Assembly (NCBI GenBank): GCA_025358205.1
Contig: JANYKG010000070.1
Location: 13,748 to 77,747 of the forward strand
DNA length: 64,000 nt
Direction of reading: 5' to 3'
Origin: Armatimonadota bacterium
GTDB lineage: Bacteria; Armatimonadota; UBA5829; DTJY01
The notes beneath the pieces are model-generated. The model did not search any database and had not been told where the DNA came from. It saw nothing but the letters and a program-made list of their open reading frames with translations. Positions within the stretch are counted from its first letter, which is position 1; each line of letters opens with the position of its first letter. A program made the translations under genes and the position numbers. Shown here in pieces: positions 29,839 to 40,230 of this stretch.

Positions 29839-31068
29839 CTACTGCCCGAGCGTGAAGACCGCACCCGAATCGAGGCCGCACGGTGCGCTCTTGGCAAGCA
29901 GCGTCACCCCGTCCTCTGCGAACACCTCAAAATGACCTCTCGGCGACTGCCCCTGCGGCACGGTAACGATCTGCCTGTCCGGCCCAAGCGCGCCTTTTCC
30001 TTCGTATCGTGTGCCGTCGTCTGCCACGAAGACCACTTTCTTCTGCAGCCACCGCGCGAAGATGCGGTTTCGGTTCAGGTCGCCGACCTCCCCCGCGCCG
30101 TAAAGGAACCCCAACACGCGGTTGCCTCTGGTCACCCAGCCCACCGCGACCATGAACTTGTCCGCCGTGCCCAGGTTTTTTGCCAACTCCTTGGATGGAT
30201 CGAATTTCAGACCGTCGTCCGAGAGGGCATACCACAGAGCGCTGCCGTTCATGTGCAGCGCCATCAGGTAGACCGGCTTGCCGCCCACGCTCAGCTTCTT
30301 CACATCGTTTACGAAAGCGTTCTGCTCCAGCGAGATGCCGTCGAACTTGAAGCTCTTACCATCTTTCGACGATGCGCGGTACACCTTGCCGAAGTCCTTG
30401 AAGTTGTCGAAGTAGAGGCGGTACATCCCGTCTTCATACATGATTACGTTCATGCCGTTGATGTCGGCGGCCTTGTATTTGTCGTAGCCGTCTATGCTGA
30501 TGATGTCGCTCATCTTCGCCGGGTAGGGCGCCTTTACGCCGTTCCACGTCACGCCGTCGGGGCTGGTGAAGGTCGCCGGTTTGTTCAGGTCGTCCTTGTC
30601 GGGGTAAACCGTACACATCAAGCGAAACATCCCGTCCGGGAGGCGTAGTGCGCTCACGTTGCAGCAGTGGATGAAATCGCCGTGCTCTATCACGGTCTGC
30701 CTCGCCCCGAAGTCCACGAAGTCTGCGGTCTCAAGGGAGTAGATGCGGTCGTTCCCGGTCGGCACTCCGTCCCACGCGCCGTAGAACACGCGCCACTTGT
30801 CGCCCAAGTCCACAATCGAGGGCGCATAGATGTTTCGGAACAGCCCCGCCTTGCGCGGCTCTATCAGCGGAGATCGAACATCCGGCACGATGTTCAGCTT
30901 GCCGGACTTCCACAGATCCGCGTCGAAATCGCCTGAGCCTACGCCGTGGAATTCCACCGTTCCAAGCTCGGCCTGTCCGTCAATCTGTGTGATCTTCAGG
31001 TCAGCGCCCATGCACATCACCCCCATTGAAAGAAAGCACACCGCCATCGCGAGTATAAGCCGCATCAT
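29839..31068 (-). CDS. secreted beta-propeller glycoside-hydrolase-like protein (GH43/GH32/GH130-like)
   Basis: Signal peptide. WRVFYGAWDG and repeated blade motifs. Confidence 0.4.
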   Translation of the reverse strand: MMRLILAMAVCFLSMGVMCMGADLKITQIDGQAELGTVEFHGVGSGDFDADLWKSGKLNIVPDVRSPLIEPRKAGLFRNIYAPSIVDLGDKWRVFYGAWDGVPTGNDRIYSLETADFVDFGARQTVIEHGDFIHCCNVSALRLPDGMFRLMCTVYPDKDDLNKPATFTSPDGVTWNGVKAPYPAKMSDIISIDGYDKYKAADINGMNVIMYEDGMYRLYFDNFKDFGKVYRASSKDGKSFKFDGISLEQNAFVNDVKKLSVGGKPVYLMALHMNGSALWYALSDDGLKFDPSKELAKNLGTADKFMVAVGWVTRGNRVLGFLYGAGEVGDLNRNRIFARWLQKKVVFVADDGTRYEGKGALGPDRQIVTVPQGQSPRGHFEVFAEDGVTLLAKSAPCGLDSGAVFTLGQ

Positions 31069-31131
31069 CACCCTCCAGCGTTGGTATGGCAACAGTATAC
31101 GACACATGTTCTACGCTGGACAACACGCACG

Positions 31132-31929
31132 TCACCCGTCCGCGATCTTCCCGACCGGAGCAAGGTAGACGACAAACTCATCGTCGCCATCTACTTGGAT
31201 AAGATTGTCAATGGTGGCTTGGTCGTAGGCGGCCACTGCGCACGTACCGGCGGAGATTGACTCGCAGGCAAGGTAGAGATTCTGGCACACGTGGCCCGCG
31301 TCCAAGGCGATGACCTTGTGGGTGTGGGTTGCCAGGCCGTAGCGCCATTCCATCCGGTAGGGTATCGCGGACCAGATGAAGACCGCTGCAGCCGACCCGC
31401 AGAACCGCTGGCCGAGTGCGGCTTCGGTCAGACGAGCGGGTAGGTTGTCCACCGAAAACTCGAAGACCAGTTGATGGGTCGTGGGCAGATACCGGTAGAT
31501 TCCGCCGTCCAGACCTTCGACGTTCAGCACGGCCAGGTACGTCTCGAACGCGTGACGGCAACCCGCCGATGGGACTATTCGGAAAACGCGTCCGCTGGGT
31601 GCAATTTCCCGAACGCCCTGGGTGGACCATAGCAGAAACGAGATTTCCTCGAGCGATAACGCCTCATCCGTGTAGTTGCGGCGGCTGACCCGGTTGCCGA
31701 TTGCCTCTTCGACACTCACCGGCGGTATGCTCCACTCGCCGGGTCGCGGGAGAGTCACCCGTCTCGCGTCCGGTCTGCACGGCTTCTCGATCGGCGGGGC
31801 TTCTATCCCCACGCTCTGGTCGGTCCGCCTGAAGTCCAGTTCCTTGCGACTAGTATCCTTCAGGAACGCCCGGGATTGCTGCATGAGTTCGTAATCTGAA
31901 GGGGACATTTCCGTCATTTGGTACACCAT
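31132..31929 (-). CDS. SagB/ThcOx-type nitroreductase-family dehydrogenase
   Basis: RRNYTDEALSLEEISFLLWSTQG...VPSAGCRHAFETY signature. Confidence 0.65.
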   Translation of the reverse strand: MVYQMTEMSPSDYELMQQSRAFLKDTSRKELDFRRTDQSVGIEAPPIEKPCRPDARRVTLPRPGEWSIPPVSVEEAIGNRVSRRNYTDEALSLEEISFLLWSTQGVREIAPSGRVFRIVPSAGCRHAFETYLAVLNVEGLDGGIYRYLPTTHQLVFEFSVDNLPARLTEAALGQRFCGSAAAVFIWSAIPYRMEWRYGLATHTHKVIALDAGHVCQNLYLACESISAGTCAVAAYDQATIDNLIQVDGDDEFVVYLAPVGKIADG

Positions 31930-32083
31930 CCTCTGTGAGTCCGTTGTGGTATGTTATCCAGTTCCAGCATGGGACTGCCGTATCCTGCTGCCAATTTGCC
32001 GAAAGAAACAAGGTGATAAGCATCCGTACGGCGAAACTCGAATTGTAGCAGAATCGATATGTTCTGGTTGGAGGGGCCGACTG

Positions 32084-34354
32084 ATGAGAAACCTTATGAT
32101 AATTCTGATTTTGATTTCGTCCATCGCGGGTGCGCAGGCAAACCTGGTTCCGAACCCGGGGTTCGAGGACGGTGTCGGCGCAAATGCGCTACCCGCAGGA
32201 GGTTGGTGGCTGTATCTGGCTGACGGAGCGCCCAACGTGTCTGTTGACGCTGCAGTCGCCCACGATGGGAAGGCCTCAGTTAAGCTGGCTGCGAAGGATA
32301 CAGCTCGTTTCACAGTCGTCAGCGCGCCGTTTGCGGTGACGCCCTATGACGAGATTCGGTTCGAGGCCTTTGTGCGCGTCGAGAATCTCAAGGGCGGGAA
32401 AGACCCCATCGGAATCGCGCTGAGCTTCCGAGATGCCTCGGGTAAGGTCTTCGACCGAAACTTCGTCTACCCGACAACGCCACTATCCGGCGCGTGGACC
32501 AGCATCAGCGGTACGGCTAATGTCCCGGCCACGGCTGTAACCGGCGAGATATTCCTGCAGTTCAACCATGCCTCGGGCGCGGCGTGGTTCGACGACGTTT
32601 CCGCCGTGGTCGCCAATCCGGTTTCCATGACGCTCGCGGAGACGGCCAAGCCTTTTGTCGGCGAGCAGACGATCACCGCGCTTCTTGCAAACAGGGCCGA
32701 CTCGCCGCTGACGGGATCGCTGAGGCTTACGCTCGGCAAGCAGGTTTCGGAGGCTCCGGTTTCAGTGGCTGCCAAGACGGAGAGCCGAGTCCCGCTGACC
32801 ATCAACATGAAGGCGGTCGGCAATCAGGACTACACGCTTGAACTGCTAAACCCGTCCGGCGTGTCGGAGCGCAAGTTCACCGGCAAATTCAACGCCGTCG
32901 CGCCGCTCATCGTCTATCCCGCGTGTCCGTGCTACCATGCAATCGGCGAGGGAGATGGCGCCACCCGACTGGACGTGCAGGTGAGTCTGCACCCGTCCAG
33001 GCTTGTCGGTGCGAGGCTGGAGATCAAGATCGCTGATTCCACTGGAAAGTTGATTGACACCGGCACGGTAGACGCTTCCAAAGGTGGAATTGTGGGGCGC
33101 GCGTTCAAGGTTCCCGTAGATTCCAAGGGCGACTTTCTCGCCACCATCAGGCTGCTGGATTCCAGCGGCAAGCAGATCAGCGACGGGCAGGCGGACATCC
33201 ATGTGCGGCCGCGAGCCGACTCACGGATCATCATGGGCGCGGACGGCTATCCGCGAGTACACGGCAAACCGCAGTTCCCCCTCGGCCTCTACAGCGCCGG
33301 ACGATTCCCTGAGATGGGCCAGGCTGGGTTCTCCTTCTCACACAACTATGGTATCACGACCGGCGAGGCGGCTGATCTCATCAACCCGAACGATATCCAT
33401 CTGAAGGAACTGCTGGATCAGAATGCTGAGGCAGGGATCACAATGATGGTCGAACTGCCGAGGAAAGCCATCGAGAAGGGCAAGTGGGAGCAGGTTCGCC
33501 GCCGAATAGAGACCTTCCGCAACCATCCCGGTCTCGGCTACTGGGGGTCGGAGGAGCGCGTTGCCCGAGGTGAGGGGCCGCTGAAGAACATCGCAGGCGT
33601 CTACCGGATAGTGAAGGAAATGGACCCGAATCACCCGTTTGTACTCGGCGACACCCGCGATGTGGTCAACAAGATACCTGTTGAACGAAGCTTCTTCTTC
33701 CCGGACAGCATGATGGATGTCGGCGTCTGGTGGTACTATCCCATACCCATGGAGCCGAACCCGGAGCAACCCGCGCCGGAGATCAAGAGCGACCTGACCT
33801 TCATCCCGCCAAACTGGCTTACCAACTACACCGGCAACAAGCCGCTCTGGATCGCCATTCAGTCTTTCAAGCAGCCGCGCATTGACGGACGATACCCCAC
33901 GAGGGCGGAGTATCGGCTGATGTGCTACCTGCCCGTGGTCTACGGCATCAAGGGGCTGGCGTTCTACACCGGTTCGGGCCAGCTCGACTACTACAAGAAG
34001 GCATCCGGGATACTGAACAACCCGGAGCAGGCCGACTGGGAGTACGTAAAGCAGTTGATACGCGAGATGCGCGACCTGGACCCTGTGCTTACTGCTCCGG
34101 TGGTGAGCGGGAAGATCACCAAGTCGCCTGCCGATTCGCCTGTGGATTTCATCGTCAAGGACCAGGGTGGCAAGCTGACGGTCATCGCGGTGAACCGAGC
34201 GAAGAAGACGATCAAGATGCGCTTTGCCGGGCCGGGAATCACGGGCAAGCAGATAGCGGTACATGGTGAGAACCGCACGTTACCCGTGACACGCAACGCC
34301 TTCACCGATGTCTTCGAGCCATACGCGGTGCATATCTACATGATCGGGGAGTAG
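32084..34354 (+). CDS. secreted CBM4/9-like carbohydrate-binding module fused to TIM-barrel glycoside hydrolase
   Basis: Signal peptide MRNLMIILILISSIAGAQA, then NLVPNPGFEDG CBM motif. Catalytic-barrel-like C-terminal two thirds. Confidence 0.55.
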   Translation: MRNLMIILILISSIAGAQANLVPNPGFEDGVGANALPAGGWWLYLADGAPNVSVDAAVAHDGKASVKLAAKDTARFTVVSAPFAVTPYDEIRFEAFVRVENLKGGKDPIGIALSFRDASGKVFDRNFVYPTTPLSGAWTSISGTANVPATAVTGEIFLQFNHASGAAWFDDVSAVVANPVSMTLAETAKPFVGEQTITALLANRADSPLTGSLRLTLGKQVSEAPVSVAAKTESRVPLTINMKAVGNQDYTLELLNPSGVSERKFTGKFNAVAPLIVYPACPCYHAIGEGDGATRLDVQVSLHPSRLVGARLEIKIADSTGKLIDTGTVDASKGGIVGRAFKVPVDSKGDFLATIRLLDSSGKQISDGQADIHVRPRADSRIIMGADGYPRVHGKPQFPLGLYSAGRFPEMGQAGFSFSHNYGITTGEAADLINPNDIHLKELLDQNAEAGITMMVELPRKAIEKGKWEQVRRRIETFRNHPGLGYWGSEERVARGEGPLKNIAGVYRIVKEMDPNHPFVLGDTRDVVNKIPVERSFFFPDSMMDVGVWWYYPIPMEPNPEQPAPEIKSDLTFIPPNWLTNYTGNKPLWIAIQSFKQPRIDGRYPTRAEYRLMCYLPVVYGIKGLAFYTGSGQLDYYKKASGILNNPEQADWEYVKQLIREMRDLDPVLTAPVVSGKITKSPADSPVDFIVKDQGGKLTVIAVNRAKKTIKMRFAGPGITGKQIAVHGENRTLPVTRNAFTDVFEPYAVHIYMIGE

Positions 34355-34415
34355 CTCAACACAAACATCCGCTCTGCGTCATCACGGCTTGCGAGGACGC
34401 AGAGCGCGTCACAAT

Positions 34416-36389
34416 TCAATGATGGGATTTCGCTATCACGTTGTAGCCGTGTTTTCCGTCCTCGAACGCTTGGCGATATCCCCCGTGACTAAGTTCTTTT
34501 TCCGCCTTTGTCACAAGTTGTTGAGCATCTCGTCGCGCCGTTGCATCGGCGAGCTTGCCGCACTGCGTTTTGAGATCTGCCAGACCCCTGGAAAGGGTCT
34601 GCTGTGGGCGAAGGCGAAGGCGCATCTGCAGCATTAGCTCTGTGGGCGTCACAACCCTCACATACGACTGAAGGTCTTCCACGCACCACTTCACCGGACT
34701 TAGACCACGCTCGACCTCTGGCTGCTTCCCGAGTGACTGGTCCACTTCCTCAGTCTCGGGCGCGCCGCCGGGTTCATGGCGCTTAAAGTATGACCATGCA
34801 TGGACCATCACCCAACTGAAGTGATCGGTGTCGGTCGGAGCGCCGTCGTGAGGCATTGCGTTGAGCATATTCGCAACCTTGCCGGGGGGACCATCCTCGG
34901 GAATCTGGCTCTTGCCCCAGATGGCGTACCGACAGGCGACAACCGGGACGTCGTCTCCACGCTTGTCTTTCACCCACACGACAGACCCCTTGCCCGCTGT
35001 GTACGGAGAGTATTGGTACATCATCATCCCAAGCAGGTCCGGGATCTCCCGGGCATAGGTATTGTATGCCTCGATGGCGCTCTTCGAATCAATGTCCTGG
35101 GTATTGGCGGATATCAGACGGATGCCTCCCATGCGCATATACTCCCCGATGCGAGATGCATGCAGGCGAAGCAGATCGGAGCCGGGCCTGCTGCTCCCGA
35201 AGAGATCGGGATAGTAATACCCTCCAGACATAAGGATAAAATCATCATTTGGTTTTGCCGTGCTGAGGAGATACTCCAGCGCGTATGGACAGACCTGCGC
35301 AAGGTCAACGTAACAGCAACTCCAGCCCATCGGGAGCTGTCCTCGATAGCGGTTTGCCCACCAGGAGTCTTCCTCGCCTCCGAGAAAGTTGGCCATCTGC
35401 CACTGGACGTTGTCCCCGTCGCTCATCATGAAGGAAGCGTAATGAACGTTATCCTCCCACCGGATGTCCCAGAGCGTCTTGCGATCCGACTGGCGCAGTT
35501 TCGCCCGTGGGATGGTCACACCGGGTTTTTCCGTGGACATGAGGGCGAGGTTCGAGAGCCAGTTAGTGCCGGTCTGGAAGTCACCCCAACGGCTGGATGG
35601 CGACGTGATCAGGCTCTCATCGCCGACTGCCCAGCCCAGCATCGGTGAGTCCGGGGTGAGCCACTCCAAAGCCTGCTCATAGAGCGGTCCGGGCTGCGAT
35701 ACGGCGAAGGCGCCCATCGCAACCGTCTCCGCCCTAGTCATCGCCGTCTTAGGTTCGAGTTCGGCAAGCACCCGTCGGTTGAACCGGTCTCGATACTTGG
35801 AAAAACACTGTTCCTCGGTCATTGTGCCAGCATCGAGTAGCATCTCCAACCCATGTGTACGCGCCTCGGCCTCCAGTTCCGTTGACACTGCAACCCCGCC
35901 CAGGAGAGCGCACATGGAGGTGGCGACGTTGACGGATGTGTCCATCGGGCCAAGCTCGTGAAAGGCGCGTTTGGAGTCATCAGCACGATAAAGGATGTAG
36001 CCTTTGACGATTCCCTGCTTCCTGTACCGGTCCACCAGAGTCCACGTCTCGAATGGACCTTGCTTCCGGGCACCGGTCTGCTTGAGCATCATGGCGAGCC
36101 ACCGCGGATATGCGGGATGGCCCTCGGTCATCCACACGGCTTCAGAACACCGTCCCTCTCGCGCCGCGTGTGAAACCAGCCCGGCCAGCGTCTGCTGCAC
36201 TACCGACATATCATTCGAGGAACAAGTATCCGTCGTTAGCACCGTCTTTGGCCTGGGAAACCTGGGCCAGAACTCATGCAGCATGGTGGAGTTCTGAGTT
36301 GAGGCCTGGGGCACAGACAGGTGCAACCTCAAGAGTGCAACCAGCAGCAACCCACCAAGAATTCCCAGGAACCTGTAACCTCTGCTCAT
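34416..36389 (-). CDS. hypothetical secreted protein (657 aa), possibly carbohydrate-active
   Basis: N-terminal signal-peptide-like segment. No confident family assignment. Confidence 0.4.
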   Translation of the reverse strand: MSRGYRFLGILGGLLLVALLRLHLSVPQASTQNSTMLHEFWPRFPRPKTVLTTDTCSSNDMSVVQQTLAGLVSHAAREGRCSEAVWMTEGHPAYPRWLAMMLKQTGARKQGPFETWTLVDRYRKQGIVKGYILYRADDSKRAFHELGPMDTSVNVATSMCALLGGVAVSTELEAEARTHGLEMLLDAGTMTEEQCFSKYRDRFNRRVLAELEPKTAMTRAETVAMGAFAVSQPGPLYEQALEWLTPDSPMLGWAVGDESLITSPSSRWGDFQTGTNWLSNLALMSTEKPGVTIPRAKLRQSDRKTLWDIRWEDNVHYASFMMSDGDNVQWQMANFLGGEEDSWWANRYRGQLPMGWSCCYVDLAQVCPYALEYLLSTAKPNDDFILMSGGYYYPDLFGSSRPGSDLLRLHASRIGEYMRMGGIRLISANTQDIDSKSAIEAYNTYAREIPDLLGMMMYQYSPYTAGKGSVVWVKDKRGDDVPVVACRYAIWGKSQIPEDGPPGKVANMLNAMPHDGAPTDTDHFSWVMVHAWSYFKRHEPGGAPETEEVDQSLGKQPEVERGLSPVKWCVEDLQSYVRVVTPTELMLQMRLRLRPQQTLSRGLADLKTQCGKLADATARRDAQQLVTKAEKELSHGGYRQAFEDGKHGYNVIAKSHH

Positions 36390-36606
36390 AATGCCTTACC
36401 CTTTGCCCTTTCGGAATTGCCTTGCAGCCATCAACGCGAAAAACGTTTAGATGATTAGCTAATTGACTAAATATTATCACATCGCGGCTGGGTTGTCAAC
36501 TTCTTTTCGCATGGCAGTATGGTTCCGGGAGCAGGCGCCCTGCGCGGGCCGCCACGAAATTCAACTTGTAACACCATAGAAGCGATGGATTCGGTTTGGA
36601 GAAAGA

Positions 36607-37575
36607 TTAGAGCAACGTTTTTACGTCAGCGAGGGTGGGGAGTGCAGAAATCGCCCCGCGTTTGGTGGTGGTGAGCGCGGCAACGGCATTGGCGAATCGG
36701 AACATCTTCGCGAATTCAAGTCTACCGATCTTGCCGATCTCTTTTGGGCCAAAGGTGCAGTCCAGCAGGCAGGAGAGCATCCCGGCCATGAAGCCGTCAC
36801 CCGCCCCGGTGGTGTCTACAACATCCACGGAGAATGCGGGAATGAAACCCGCGCCGGTTTTTGTTCCGAAGTAGCTGCCCTCCGCCCCTCGTGTGACTGC
36901 CACGAGCTTGATATTCGGGTAGGCTTTGATGAGGCGGGCAGACCCGTCAGACAGGTCCGACGTGTCGGTCAGAAACTCCAGTTCTTCCTCGCTGACCTTG
37001 ACCACGTGCGGATAGACCATGGCTGCCAGCATCTGCTCTTTCGCGTAGTCCAGGCTCGGCCAGAGCGGTTTGCGCAGGTTGGGATCGTAGGAGATCATCA
37101 GTCCGGCGTCGGACGCGCATTGTATCGCCGCCAGCGTGGCACTCTTGCTTGGTTCGGAGATAAGGGTGATGCTGCCGTAGTGGAAACACCGTGCGGACCG
37201 GATGAACGCCTCGTCAATCTCCTCAGGTTTGAGCATGATATCCGCGCTCGGGTTGCGGTAGAACATGAACTCGGGTACGCCCTGGGCGGTGAGGGAGACG
37301 AACGCGAGGCCGGTGCGGTACTCGGGATCGAATAGCATTCGGCTGGTGTCTACGCCGTTCTCGGTGAACGTGCGCTCCAGGAAGCGCCCGAACGGATCAT
37401 CGCCAACCTTGCCTACGAACGCGCCCACTTTGCCGAGCTTGGAGATCCCCGCAGCAACGTTGGCAGGCGCGCCGCCGGGGGCTTTCTTGAAAGCATCCAC
37501 GTCCATCAGGCCCACGCCTGATTCGAGCGGTATGAAGTCTATGAGGGCCTCACCGAGACAGACTACGCCGGGCAT
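36607..37575 (-). CDS. PfkB-family carbohydrate kinase (fructokinase/KDG-kinase-like)
   Basis: GGAPANVA...DTTGAGDGFMAG motifs. Start taken at MPGVVCLGEALID. Confidence 0.75.
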   Translation of the reverse strand: MPGVVCLGEALIDFIPLESGVGLMDVDAFKKAPGGAPANVAAGISKLGKVGAFVGKVGDDPFGRFLERTFTENGVDTSRMLFDPEYRTGLAFVSLTAQGVPEFMFYRNPSADIMLKPEEIDEAFIRSARCFHYGSITLISEPSKSATLAAIQCASDAGLMISYDPNLRKPLWPSLDYAKEQMLAAMVYPHVVKVSEEELEFLTDTSDLSDGSARLIKAYPNIKLVAVTRGAEGSYFGTKTGAGFIPAFSVDVVDTTGAGDGFMAGMLSCLLDCTFGPKEIGKIGRLEFAKMFRFANAVAALTTTKRGAISALPTLADVKTLL

Positions 37576-37734
37576 GGGACGATCCTCGGGGAATGGCTGA
37601 TGGTTCATGTGGGGATTTGAATCGTGCATCTTACTTGTACTCTTACTCGATATTTCCCGGAACGCCGAGTACGAGTAGGATCCACGAGTACGAAACACGA
37701 ACCCTGCATCCCATCAGCCATTCTCTCATATTTT

Positions 37735-38274
37735 CTATTGCTCCGGCTCTATGAGGCCGTAGTCACCGTCATGCCGCTTATAGATCACGCTGACATTGTC
37801 GGTATCCGTGTTGTGGAAGATGAAGAAATCGTGGTTCAGAAGCTCCATCTGCATTGCCGCTTCCTCGGCGGGCATGGGCTTCAGCGTGAACTTCTTAGTG
37901 CGCACGATCTGCGGCAAGCCCTTCTCATCAACCACTCCATCATCAGGCTGAGCAGCAATATGCTCCTTGGGTGGAGCGCCGGGGTGTACGCGACCAGCCA
38001 GCTTGCCCTTAAATCGCTTGGCTTGTGACTCCAGTTTGTCAACCACCTGGTCAATCGAAGCGTACATGTCGGAGGAATGCTCCTCGCCACGTAACGTTAT
38101 GCCGTCGCCCTCAAGGCTGATCTCCACGATGTGCATGCCACGCTGCATACTGGTGATGACCTGCGCTTGTTTCAGATTCTGAAAGTGCTTGCCGAGCTTC
38201 TCGACTTTCTTCTCGGCATACTGCTGAAGTGAATCAGTGACCGGCATGTTCTTGCCTTTGACTGTGATTTGCAT
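37735..38274 (-). CDS. hpf: ribosome hibernation promoting factor, long form
   Basis: MQITVKGKNMPVTDSLQQYAEKKVEKL S30AE domain plus C-terminal dimerization domain. Confidence 0.85.
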   Translation of the reverse strand: MQITVKGKNMPVTDSLQQYAEKKVEKLGKHFQNLKQAQVITSMQRGMHIVEISLEGDGITLRGEEHSSDMYASIDQVVDKLESQAKRFKGKLAGRVHPGAPPKEHIAAQPDDGVVDEKGLPQIVRTKKFTLKPMPAEEAAMQMELLNHDFFIFHNTDTDNVSVIYKRHDGDYGLIEPEQ

Positions 38275-38323
38275 GGGGTGAAACAACTCCTTTCGAATAG
38301 GCGGACAACTCAAAGTGTACTAG

Positions 38324-38470
38324 CCTGGATTATTCATGAAGTGAATAATCCAGGGCCTTCAGAGCATTATTCACCCTCTCGTGAATAATGCGGACTAGCG
38401 CGGATTATGCTTGTCCCGCATAATCCGCGGCCTTCGGAGCATTGTTCACGAAGTTCGTGAGCAATGCGTA
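38324..38470. repeat. REP-like composite element, copy e (four tandem palindromic units)
   Basis: CTGGATTATTCATGAAGTGAATAATCCAGG; GAGCATTATTCAccctctcGTGAATAATGCGG; CGGATTATGCttgtccCGCATAATCCG; GAGCATTGTTCACgaagttCGTGAGCAATGC. Confidence 0.85.
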
Positions 38471-38592
38471 CAGGTACATAGTACCCAGATAAGCGCAATG
38501 TTACTGCATGTAGAGTCTAACACGGCGAAGCGCCTATGTCAAACACGACCGGCTGCCATGACGCGAAAAGAAATCTGGTTGCGTAACGGACT

Positions 38593-39459
38593 TCAGGTAA
38601 CGACTCTGGGATAGATTTTCGCGCCGATGGTTACGAACACCACAACGACAACCATGAGTATGCCAAAGTCCAAACCTAATGAATATGTATTGTGCCCACC
38701 AGTCAGCATCAATCCTCTCAGCGCATCCACCTCGTAGGTCAATGGATTGAAGGATGATACTACTTGCAGCCATGGCGGCATGAGTTTCATGGGGTAAATT
38801 GCGTTACTGGCGAAAAAGAGCGGCATGGTGAGGATTTGACCTATGCCCATGAATCGCTCTCGCTTTTTGACAAGCGCGGCGATAATCATGGAAAAGACGG
38901 CAAATATGACAGCGCCAAGCACTACGGCAAAGATCACACCGAGAAGCGCGAGCGGATGATAATTCATCTTCACGCCCAGAAGCAAAGCCAGGAAGTAGAT
39001 GATGACGGCTTGCGGAAGTGCGCGCACTCCTGCGGAGAGAGCCCTGCCCAGTATCAGTGCGGCGCGCGGCGTGGGGGTAACCAGGTACTTCTGGATGATA
39101 CCCATGTCCCTTTCCCAGATCACCGCAATGCCGTAGAATATGGCGATGAACAGGACGCTTTGGGCCAGCACACCGGGCGCCATGAAGTCCACATAGCGCA
39201 GGTTGCCCGTTGGCAACACTCGGGTACGCGTGAAAACCTGACCAAAGACAACTAGCCATATAGCAGGCTGGATGGCACGCGTGAGTATGTCCGACGGATC
39301 ATGGCGTATCCGGCGTACCTCCCGTTCGGCGACGATCAGGGTCTTCCGCACAAAGCTGTATATATGCGCGAAGACACCGACCGGTCTTATGATCGGCTCA
39401 GCCGAGTCGGTGTGCAGTCCGTCTGCGTTTCCAGGTTTCGCGGTAACTTGCGCTCGCAT
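38593..39459 (-). CDS. ABC-2 type transporter permease
   Basis: Six TM helices, ABC-2 family pattern. Start uncertain (ORF track gives 39555). Confidence 0.65.
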   Translation of the reverse strand: MRAQVTAKPGNADGLHTDSAEPIIRPVGVFAHIYSFVRKTLIVAEREVRRIRHDPSDILTRAIQPAIWLVVFGQVFTRTRVLPTGNLRYVDFMAPGVLAQSVLFIAIFYGIAVIWERDMGIIQKYLVTPTPRAALILGRALSAGVRALPQAVIIYFLALLLGVKMNYHPLALLGVIFAVVLGAVIFAVFSMIIAALVKKRERFMGIGQILTMPLFFASNAIYPMKLMPPWLQVVSSFNPLTYEVDALRGLMLTGGHNTYSLGLDFGILMVVVVVFVTIGAKIYPRVVT

Positions 39460-40195
39460 CCAGTTTCCCACCAGTGTAGTGAATGAATACGTCGTCCATC
39501 GTAGCATCGTCCGTACCCACGGAAGCCTTGAGTTCATCAGGCGTCCCAGAAGCAACCACCTTGCCCGCGTCCATTATGGCTATGCGGTCGCAGAGAGACT
39601 CAGCCTCTTCCATGCTGTGGGTGGTAAGCAAAATGGTAGTACACATATCGGCTCGCATCTTTTCTATATGTTCCCACACGGCTACACGCGCACCCGGATC
39701 AAGGCCAAGGGTAGGTTCATCCAGAAAGAGCGCCTGAGGGCGGTGCATCATGGACTGTGCTATTTCCAGCCGCCGGATCATGCCGCCTGAGTAATCCGCC
39801 ACCAGCCTTTCAGCCGAGTCCGCAAGCCCCATGTACTCCAGCGCTTCCTGAATGCTCTTATCACGCCCGGCCCGCGGAATGTCGTAGAGCTTTGCGATTA
39901 TGAGAAGATTTTCGTAGCCGGTCAACTGGTCATCGGCAGAGATTGCCTGTGGTACATAGCCTATGCACCGCCGAACGTCTCCCGCATTGCGTGAAACATC
40001 AAACCCCGCCACGGTAGCTGACCCGCTTGTGATCGGCAACAGGGTGGTGAGCATCTTCAGCATCGTGGTCTTCCCTGCGCCATTTGGCCCGAGCAACCCG
40101 AAAACTTCGCCGGCTTCAATGGAAATGCTCACCTGGTCCACGGCTTTCAGCGAGCCGAAGCAGCGTGTTATGGCTTCTGTTTTCAGGACCGGCAT
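39398..40195 (-). CDS. ABC transporter ATP-binding protein
   Basis: Walker A GPNGAGKTT, signature YSGGMIRRLEIA, Walker B LFLDEPT. Confidence 0.85.
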   Translation of the reverse strand: MPVLKTEAITRCFGSLKAVDQVSISIEAGEVFGLLGPNGAGKTTMLKMLTTLLPITSGSATVAGFDVSRNAGDVRRCIGYVPQAISADDQLTGYENLLIIAKLYDIPRAGRDKSIQEALEYMGLADSAERLVADYSGGMIRRLEIAQSMMHRPQALFLDEPTLGLDPGARVAVWEHIEKMRADMCTTILLTTHSMEEAESLCDRIAIMDAGKVVASGTPDELKASVGTDDATMDDVFIHYTGGKLDASASYRETWKRRRTAHRLG

Positions 40196-40230
40196 ATCTC
40201 ACCCTACGACCCACAAGCAGCAATATGACA

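Noticed and set aside
31132-31929. SagB-like gene as part of a thiazole/oxazole RiPP (TOMM) cluster
   Set aside because: No YcaO cyclodehydratase, precursor peptide or dedicated transporter is in the neighbourhood. The flanking genes are secreted hydrolases.
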